DNA of 64,000 nt. Source: the human T2T-CHM13v2.0 reference genome, Homo sapiens. The stretch lies in the NCBI RefSeq assembly GCF_009914755.1, contig NC_060939.1. One strand, written 5' to 3'. A program made the translations under genes and the position numbers. The number at the start of each line of letters is the position of its first letter. Position 1 is the stretch's first letter. Under the pieces are notes generated by a model that was given only the letters and a program-made list of their open reading frames with translations, was not told where the DNA came from and did no database searches. This document shows positions 51,511-62,000 of this stretch, one piece after another.

Positions 51511-53291
51511 TCCTTTCCATTCGAGTCCATTCCTCTCCAGTCCATTCCGTTCAATCCATTCCATTCCAGTCCATTCCATTCGAGTCCGTTCCATTCCAGT
51601 CCATTCCATTCGAGTCAATTCCATTCCATTCGATATCTTTCCATAACGATCCATTCCATTCTATTCCTTTCGATTCCATTCAATTCCATTCTTTCTATTT
51701 CATTCCATTCGATTCCCTTCCATTGGACTCCTTTCCATTCGAGTGCATTCCATTCCGTTCCATTTCTTTCTGTTCTGTATGATTCCTACCGTTCGATTTC
51801 ATTTTGTTCCAGTCTATTCCTTTCAAGTGCATTCCATTCCATTTCACTCCATTCGATTCCATTCCACTCGATTCCACTCCGTTCCATTTCACTGCATTCC
51901 ATTCTACTCAATTCTATTGCATTCCATTCCATTCCATTTGATTACATTCCATGCGATTCCATTCGAATTCGAATCAATTACATTGAAATCCATTACTATT
52001 GAGTCCGTTTTATTCCAGTCCACTCCATTGTGCTCCATTCCATTTGATTCCATTCCATTCTATTCCATTCCGTACAGTTGCGTTCCATTGGATTCCATTC
52101 TATATCTATAAATGCAACTTGAGACCATTGCTTTTGAGTCCATTCTATATGATTCCATTCCATTCAAGTCCATTACATTTGGTTCAATTCCATTCCATTC
52201 CATTCCCTTCCATTCCATTCCATTTGATATCAATCCATACGATTCCATTCCATTCGAGCACATTCCATTCGAGTCCATTCCATTCGATGCCATTCCATTT
52301 GATTCTATTCCATTAGACTCCATTCAATTCCATTAATCTCCATTCCATTCCATTCTACTCCAACTGATTCCATTCCATTCTATTCCTTTCCATTCCATTC
52401 CATTCCATTCCATTCGCTTCCATTCCATTCGTGTCCATTCCACTCCAGTCCATTCCATTCGTGTCCATTCCATTCCAGTCCATTCCATTTGTGTCCACTG
52501 CATTCCATTCCACTCCATTCCATATTATTCCATTACACTCCATTCCATTCTATTACTTTCATTTCCATTCAGTTCCATTCCATTTGATTCCATTCCACTC
52601 GGTTTCACTCCATTTGAGTCCATTCCATTCCATTCCATTCCATTCCATTCCATTCCATTCTGTTCCATTCCATTCCATTCCATTCCATTGGGTACCATTC
52701 CATATTGTTCCATTCGATTCCATTCGAATCCATTCCATTCCAGTCCATTCCATTCGATTCCATTCCATTCCATTCGATTCCACTTGAATCCACTCCATTC
52801 CCTTCCACTGCATTCCATTCGATTCCATTCCATTGCATTGCATTCCATTCCATTGGATTGCATTCCATTCGATTCCATTCCATTCGAATCAATTACATAG
52901 CAATCCATTACATTCGAGTCTGTTCTATTCCGTTCCATTCGATTTCGTACCAATCCATTCGATTCCATTCCATTCGATTCCATTCCATACTATTGCATTC
53001 CATTCGATTAAATTATACTCGAATAAGTTCCATTCAAGACCATTTCTGTTGAGTCCATTCTACTTGAGTCCATTCCCTTTGATTCCATAACATTTGAGTC
53101 CATTCAATTCCATTCCTTTCGTTTCCATTCCATTTGATGCCATTCCATTCAATTCTGTTCTACTCGACTCCAATACATTCAATTCCATTCCATCCGATTC
53201 CATTACATTCTTTTCATTTCTTATCCATTTCAAGCCATTCCATTCCATTCCATTCCATTCCACTCGTTTCCTTTCCATTCGAGTCCATTCC

Positions 53292-54960
53292 ACTCCAGTC
53301 CATTCCATTCGAATCCATTTCACTCCAGTCCATTCCATTCGAATCCATTTCACTCCAGTCCATTAAATTCGAGTATATTCCATTCCATTCTATTCAATGC
53401 CATTCCATTCGATTCTATTCCATTCGACACCATTCCTTTCCATTCCGTTCCATCCGATTCCATTCCATTGTATTCCATTCAATTCCATTCCATTGCATTC
53501 CATTCGTTTCCATTCCATTCGAATTCATTCCACTCAAGTCCATTCCATTCGAGTCCATTCCATTCGATATCATTCCATACTATTGAATTCCATTCGATTC
53601 CATTGTTTTCGAATAAATTCCAACCGAGACCATTCCTTTCGTGTCCATTCTATTTGACTGCATTCCATTTGAGTCCATTAAATTTCTGCACATTCCATTC
53701 CTTTCCATTCCATTCCATTCCATTCCTTTCGGTGCCATTCCATTCCACTCTAATCCATTCAAGTCCATTCCATTTGAGTCCATTCCATTGATTCGATGCC
53801 ATTACATTCAATTCTATTACATTCGACTCCATTGCATTCCATTCCCTTCCAAACGATTCCATTCCATTCTATTAATTTCTATTCCAATCCATTCCATTCC
53901 GTTCCATTCGTTTCCATTCCATTCGAGTCCACTCCATTCCAGTCCATTCCATTCGATTCCATTCCATTCCAGTCCATTCCATTCAAGTCCATTCCACTGC
54001 ATTCCATTCCATTCGATATCCTTCGATAACTCCCCATTCCATTCTGCTCCTTAATATTCAATTCAATTCCATTCCATTTGATTCCATTCCATTTGATTAC
54101 ATTCCATTCGACTCCATTCCATTCGACTCTATTCCATTCGAGTCCATTCCATTCCATTCCATTGCATTCCGTTCCAATCCCTATTCCATTCCATTTTGTT
54201 ACTGTCCATTCCATTTGAGTCCATTCCATGCCAAACAATTCCATTCGATTCCATTCCAATAGATTCCATTGCACTCGAATCCAGTGCGTTGCATTCCATT
54301 GCTTTCCATTCTATTACATTCCATTGCATTCCATTCAATTCCATTAATTTCGAATCAATTACATTGCAATCCATTGCATTCGAGTTCTATTCCAGTCCAT
54401 TGCATTCCGGCGCATGCCGTTCCATTCCATTCCATTCGCTTCCGTTCCATTCGAATCAATTGCATTGCAATGCTTTACATTCGAGTCCGTTTTATTCCAG
54501 TCCAATCCATTCCGGTCCATTCCGTTCGATTCCATTCCATTCGATGCCACTCCATACTATTGTATTTCATTCGATTCCATTCTATTCAAATAAATTCCAT
54601 TCGAGACCATTCCTTTCGAGTCCATTCTATTTGAGTCCATTCCATTCGAGTCCATTATATTTGGGTCCATTCCATTCAATTCCATTGCAATCCATTCCAT
54701 TCGATGTCACTCCATTCATTTCTATTCCATTAGAGTCCATGTCATTCGAGTCCATTCCATTCTATTCTATTCCACTCCATTTCATTCCATTCCACTCCAT
54801 TCCATTCGTTGCCGTTCCATTCAATTCTATTATATTCCACTCCATTTACTTCCATTCCATTCCATTCCATTCTATCCAATTCCGTTCCATTCTATTCCTT
54901 TAAAGTCCATTCCATTCCATTCCATTCGTTTCCATTCCATTCGAGTAAAGTCCACTCCAG
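53292..54960 (+). repeat. Divergent HSat3 segment, copy 2
   Basis: Same unique k-mers as copy 1. The flanking 23-mer is at 53269 and 54961. Confidence 0.9.
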
Positions 54961-56741
54961 TCCTTTCCATTCGAGTCCATTCCTCTCCAGTCCATTCCGT
55001 TCAATCCATTCCATTCCAGTCCATTCCATTCGAGTCCGTTCCATTCCAGTCCATTCCTTTCGAGTCAATTCCATTCCATTCGATATCTTTCCATAACGAT
55101 CCATTCCATTCTATTCCTTTCGATTCCATTCAATTCCATTCTTTCTATTTCATTCCATTCGATTCCCTTCCATTGGACTCCTTTCCATTCGAGTGCATTC
55201 CATTCCGTTCCATTTCTTTCTGTTCTGTATGATTCCTACCGTTCGATTTCATTTTGTTCCAGTCTATTCCTTTCAAGTGCATTCCATTCCATTTCACTCC
55301 ATTCGATTCCATTCCACTCGATTCCACTCCGTTCCATTTCACTGCATTCCATTCTACTCAATTCTATTGCATTCCATTCCATTCCATTTGATTACATTCC
55401 ATGCGATTCCATTCGAATTCGAATCAATTACATTGAAATCCATTACTATTGAGTCCGTTTTATTCCAGTCCACTCCATTGTGCTCCATTCCATTTGATTC
55501 CATTCCATTCTATTCCATTCCGTACAGTTGCGTTCCATTGGATTCCATTCTATATCTATAAATGCAACTTGAGACCATTGCTTTTGAGTCCATTCTATAT
55601 GATTCCATTCCATTCAAGTCCATTACATTTGGTTCAATTCCATTCCATTCCATTCCCTTCCATTCCATTCCATTTGATATCAATCCATACGATTCCATTC
55701 CATTCGAGCACATTCCATTCGAGTCCATTCCATTCGATGCCATTCCATTTGATTCTATTCCATTAGACTCCATTCAATTCCATTAATCTCCATTCCATTC
55801 CATTCTACTCCAACTGATTCCATTCCATTCTATTCCTTTCCATTCCATTCCATTCCATTCCATTCGCTTCCATTCCATTCGTGTCCATTCCACTCCAGTC
55901 CATTCCATTCGTGTCCATTCCATTCCAGTCCATTCCATTTGTGTCCACTGCATTCCATTCCACTCCATTCCATATTATTCCATTACACTCCATTCCATTC
56001 TATTACTTTCATTTCCATTCAGTTCCATTCCATTTGATTCCATTCCACTCGGTTTCACTCCATTTGAGTCCATTCCATTCCATTCCATTCCATTCCATTC
56101 CATTCCATTCTGTTCCATTCCATTCCATTCCATTCCATTGGGTACCATTCCATATTGTTCCATTCGATTCCATTCGAATCCATTCCATTCCAGTCCATTC
56201 CATTCGATTCCATTCCATTCCATTCGATTCCACTTGAATCCACTCCATTCCCTTCCACTGCATTCCATTCGATTCCATTCCATTGCATTGCATTCCTTTC
56301 CATTGGATTGCATTCCATTCGATTCCATTCCATTCGAATCAATTACATAGCAATCCATTACATTCGAGTCTGTTCTATTCCGTTCCATTCGATTTCGTAC
56401 CAATCCATTCGATTCCATTCCACTCGATTCCATTCCATACTATTGCATTCCATTCGATTAAATTATACTCGAATAAGTTCCATTCAAGACCATTTCTGTT
56501 GAGTCCATTCTACTTGAGTCCATTCCCTTTGATTCCATAACATTTGAGTCCATTCAATTCCATTCCTTTCGTTTCCATTCCATTTGATGCCATTCCATTC
56601 AATTCTGTTCTACTCGACTCCAATACATTCAATTCCATTCCATCCGATTCCATTACATTCTTTTCATTTCTTATCCATTTCAAGCCATTCCATTCCATTC
56701 CATTCCATTCCACTCGTTTCCTTTCCATTCGAGTCCATTCC

Positions 56742-58435
56742 ACTCCAGTCCATTCCATTCGAATCCATTTCACTCCAGTCCATTCCATTCGAATCCATTT
56801 CACTCCAGTCCATTAAATTCGAGTATATTCCATTCCATTCTATTCAATGCCATTCCATTCGATTCTATTCCATTCGACACCATTCCTTTCCATTCCGTTC
56901 CATCCGATTCCATTCCATTGTATTCCATTCAATTCCATTCCATTGCATTCCATTCGTTTCCATTCCATTCGAATTCATTCCACTCAAGTCCATTCCATTC
57001 GAGTCCATTCCTTTCGATATCATTCCATACTATTGAATTCCATTCAATTCCATTGTTTTCGAATAAATTCCAACCGAGACCATTCCTTTCGTGTCCATTC
57101 TATTTGACTGCATTCCATTTGAGTCCATTAAATTTCTGCACATTCCATTCCTTTCCATTCCATTCCATTCCATTCCTTTCGGTGCCATTCCATTCCACTC
57201 TAATCCATTCAAGTCCATTCCATTTGAGTCCATTCCATTGATTCGATGCCATTACATTCAATTCTATTCCATTCGACTCCATTGCATTCCATTCCCTTCC
57301 AAACGATTCCATTCCATTCTATTAATTTCTATTCCAATCCATTCCATTCCGTTCCATTCGTTTCCATTCCATTCGAGTCCACTCCATTCCAGTCCATTCC
57401 ATTCGATTCCATTCCATTCCAGTCCATTCCATTCAAGTCCATTCCACTGCATTCCATTCCATTCGATATCCTTCGATAACACCCCATTCCATTCTGCTCC
57501 TTAATATTCAATTCAATTCCATTCCATTTGATTCCATTCCATTTGATTACATTCCATTCGACTCCATTCCATTCGACTCTATTCCATTCGAGTCCATTCC
57601 GTTCCATTCCATTGCATTCCGTTCGAATCCCTATTCCATTCCATTTTGTTACTGTCCATTCCATTTGAGTCCATTCCATGACAAACCATTCCATTCGATT
57701 CCATTCCAATAGATTCCATTGCACTCGAATCCAGTGCGTTCCATTCCATTGCTTTCCATTCTATTACATTCCATTGCATTACATTCCATTCCATTTGATT
57801 GCATTCCATTCAATTCCATTAATTTCGAATCAATTACATTGCAATCCATTGCATTCGAGTTCTATTCCAGTCCATTGCATTCCGGCGCATGCCGTTCCAT
57901 TCCATTCCATTCGCTTCCGTTCCATTCGAATCGATTGCATTGCAATGCTTTACATTCGAGTCCGTTTTATTCCAGTCCAATCCATTCCGGTCCATTCCGT
58001 TCGATTCCATTCCATTCGATGCCACTCCATACTATTGTATTTCATTCGATTCCATTCTATTCAAATAAATTCCATTCGAGACCATTCCTTTCGAGTCCAT
58101 TCTATTTGAGTCCATTCCATTCGAGTCCATTATATTTGGGTCCATTCCATTCAATTCCATTGCAATCCATTCCATTCGATGTCACTCCATTCATTTCTAT
58201 TCCATTAGAGTCCATGTCATTGGAGTCCATTCCATTCTATTCTATTCCACTCCATTTCATTCCATTCCACTCCATTCCATTCGTTGCCGTTCCATTCAAT
58301 TCTATTATATTCCACTCCATTTACTTCCATTCCATTCCATTCCATTCTATCCAATTCCGTTCCATTCTATTCCTTCAAAGTCCATTCCATTCCATTCCAT
58401 TCGTTTCCATTCCATTCGAGTAAAGTCCACTCCAG
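56742..58435 (+). repeat. Divergent HSat3 segment, copy 3 (extra 25 bp near 57,780)
   Basis: Same unique k-mers as copy 1. The flanking 23-mer is at 56719 and 58436. Confidence 0.9.
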
Positions 58436-59045
58436 TCCTTTCCATTCGAGTCCATTCCTCTCCAGTCCATTCCGTTCAATCCATTCCATTCCAGTCCATT
58501 CCATTCGAGTCCGTTCCATTCCAGTCCATTCCATTCGAGTCAATTCCATTCCATTCGATATCTTTCCATAACGATCCATTCCATTCTATTCCTTTCGATT
58601 CCATTCAATTCCATTCTTTCTATTTCATTCCATTCGATTCCCTTCCATTGGACTCCTTTCCATTCGAGTGCATTCCATTCCGTTCCATTTCTTTCTGTTC
58701 TGTATGATTCCTACCGTTCGATTTCATTTTGTTCCAGTCTATTCCTTTCAAGTGCATTCCATTCCATTTCACTCCATTCGATTCCATTCCACTCGATTCC
58801 ACTCCGTTCCATTTCACTGCATTCCATTCTACTCAATTCTATTGCATTCCATTCCATTCCATTTGATTACATTCCATGCGATTCCATTCGAATTCGAATC
58901 AATTACATTGAAATCCATTACTATTGAGTCCGTTTTATTCCAGTCCACTCCATTCTGCTCCATTCCATTTGATTCCATTCCATTCTATTCCATTCCGTAC
59001 AGTTGCGTTCCATTGGATTCCATTCTATATCTATAAATGCAACTT

Positions 59046-62000
59046 GAGACCATTGCTTTTGAGTCCATTCTATATGATTCCATTCCATTCAAGTCCATTA
59101 CATTTGGTTAAATTCCATTCCATTCGGTTCAATTCCATTCCATTCCATTCCCTTCCATTCCATTCCAGTTGATATCAATCCATTCGATTCCATTCCATTC
59201 GAGCACATTCCATTCGAGTCCATTCCATTCGATGCCATTCCATTTGATTCTATTCCATTAGTCTCCATTCAATTCCATTAATCTCCATTCCATTCCATTC
59301 TACTCCAACTGATTCCATTCCATTCCATTCCTTTCCATTCCATTTCATTCCATTCCATTCCATTCCATTCCATTCCATTCCATTCGTGTCCAATCCACTC
59401 CAGTCCATTCCATTCGTATCCATTCCATTCCAGTCCATTCCATTTGTGTCCACTGCATTCCATTCCACTCCATTCCATATTATTCCATTACACTCCATTC
59501 CATTCTATTACTTTCATTTCCATTCAATTCCATTCCATTTGATTCCATTCCACTCGGTTTCATTCCATTTGAGTCCACTCCATTCCATTCCATTCCATTC
59601 AGTTCCATTCCATTCTGTTCCATTCCATTCCGTTCCATTACATTCCATTCCATTCGGTACCATTCCATATTGTTCCATTCGATTCCATTCGAATCCATTC
59701 CATTCCAGTCCATTCCATTCGATTCCATTCCATTCATTTCAATTCCATTCCATTCCATTCCATTACATTCCACTTGATTCCTCTCCATTCCCTTCCACTG
59801 CATTCCGTTCGATTACATTCCATTGCATTGCATTCCATTCCATTGGATTGCATTCCATTCGATTCCATTCCATTCGAATCAATTACATAGCAATCCATTA
59901 CATTCGAGTCTATTCTCTTCCGTTCCATTCGATTTCGTTCCAATCCATTCGATTCCATTCCATTCGATTCCATTCCATACTATTGCATTCCATTCTATTA
60001 TATTATATTCGAATAAGTTCCATTCAAGACCATTTCTTTTGAGTCCATTCTATTTGAGTCCATTCCCTTTGATTCCATAACATTTGAGTCCATTCCATTC
60101 CATTCCTTTCGTTTCCATTCCATTTGATGCCATTCCATTCAATTGTGTTCTACTCGACTCCAATACATTCAATTCCATTCCATCCGATTCCATTACATTC
60201 TTTTCATTTCTTATCCATTTCAAGCCATTCCACTCCATTCTATTCCACTCGTTTCCTTTCCATTCGAGTCCATTCCTCTCCAGTCCATTCCGTTCAATCC
60301 ATTCCATTCCAGTCCATTCCATTCGAGTCCGTTCCATTCCAGTTCTTTCCATTCGAGTCAATTCCATTCCATTCGATGTCTTTCCATAACGATCCATTCC
60401 ATTCTATTCCTTTCGATTCCATTCCATTCTATTTCATTCCATTCGATTCCCTTCCATTGGACTCCTTTCCATTCGAGTGCATTCCATTCCGTTCCATTTC
60501 TTTCCGTTCTGTACGATTCCTACCGTTCGATTTCATTTTGTTCCAGTCCATTCTTTCGCGTCCATTCCATTCCATTTCACTCCATTCGATTCCATTCCAC
60601 TCGATTCCACTTCGTTCCATTTCATTGCATTCCATTCTATTCAACTCTATTGCCTTCCATTCCATTCCATTCGATTACATTCCATGCGATTCCATTCGAA
60701 ATCGAATCAATTACATTGCAATCCATTACTATTGAGTCCGTTTTATTCCAGTCCACTGCATTCTGCTCCATTCCATTTGATTCCATTCCATTCTATTCCA
60801 TTCCATAGAGTTGCATTCCATTGGATTCCATGCTATATCTATAAATTCAATTCGAGACCATTGCTTTTGAGTCCATTCTATATGATTCCATTCCATTCAA
60901 GTCCATTACATTTGGTTAAATTCCATTCCATTCGGTTCAATTCCATTCCATTCCATTCCCTTCCATTCCATTCCAGTTGATATCAATCCATTCGATTCAA
61001 TTCCATTCGAGCACATTCCATTCGAGTCCATTCCATTCGATGCCATTCCATTTGATTCTATTCCATTAGTCTCCATTCAATTCCATTAATCTCCATTCCA
61101 TTCCATTCTACTCCAACTGATTCCATTCCATTCTATTCCTTTCCATTCCATTTCATTCCATTCCATTCCATTCCATTCCATTCGTGTCCATTCCACTCCA
61201 GTCCATTCCATTCATATCCATTCCATTCCAGTCCATTCCATTTGTGTCCACTGCATTCCATTCCACTCCATTCCATATTATTCCATTACACTCCATTCCA
61301 TTCTATTACTTTCATTTCCATTCAATTCCATTCCATTTGATTCCATTCCACTCGGTTTCATTCCATTTGAGTCCACTCCATTCCATTCCATTCCATTCAG
61401 TTCCATTCCATTCTGTTCCATTCCATTCCGTTCCATTACATTCCATTCCATTCGGTACCATTCCATATTGTTCCATTCGATTCCATTCGAATCCATTCCA
61501 TTCCAGTCCATTCCATTCGATTCCATTCCATTCATTTCAATTCCATTCCATTCCATTCCATTACATTCCACTTGATTCCTCTCCATTCCCTTCCACTGCA
61601 TTCCGTTCGATTCCATTCCATTGCATTGCATTCCATTCCATTGGATTGCATTCCATTCGATTCCATTCCATTCGAATCAATTACGTAGCAATCCATTACA
61701 TTCGAGTGTATTCTCTTCCGTTCCATTCGATTTCGTTCCAATCCATTCGATTCCATTCCATTCGATTCCATTCCATACTATTGCATTCCATTCGATTACA
61801 TTATATTCGAATAAGTTCCATTCAAGACCATTTCTTTTGAGTCCATTCTATTTGAGTCCATTCCCTTTGATTCCATAACATTTGAGTCCATTCAATTCCA
61901 TTCCTTTCGTTTCCATTCCATTTGATGCCATTCCATTCAATTCTGTTCTACTCGACTCCAATACATTCAATTCCATTCCATCCGATTCCATTACATTCTT

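Larger units (their letters stand above)
48691..59045 (+). repeat. Block of three tandem ~3.45-kb diverged HSat3 units
   Basis: Marker pseudo-ORF spacing jumps to 3445 and 3450 (49388, 52833, 56283). KpnI sites are at 49246, 52691 and 56141. Many block-specific variants occur (cattgggtacc, gattaaattatactcg, tttcaagtgc, ataaatgcaacttgag). Confidence 0.93.

Noticed and set aside
49824-51533. Mobile element insertion with a 23-bp target-site duplication
   Set aside because: The intervening DNA is itself CATTC satellite with no terminal repeats, poly(A) tail or coding capacity. The direct repeat is better read as recombination homology.
51961-51974. Canonical heat-shock element
   Set aside because: An HSE needs inverted nGAAn units with 2-bp spacing (TTCnnGAA or GAAnnTTC). 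Here TTC and GAA abut directly.
31545-59045. Assignment to Y-chromosome DYZ1 because of ~3.5-kb periods
   Set aside because: The dominant period is 1.8 kb, the 3,572-bp unit is a dimer of near-identical monomers, and I saw no HaeIII (GGCC) site, which classically defines DYZ1. Distant homology remains possible.
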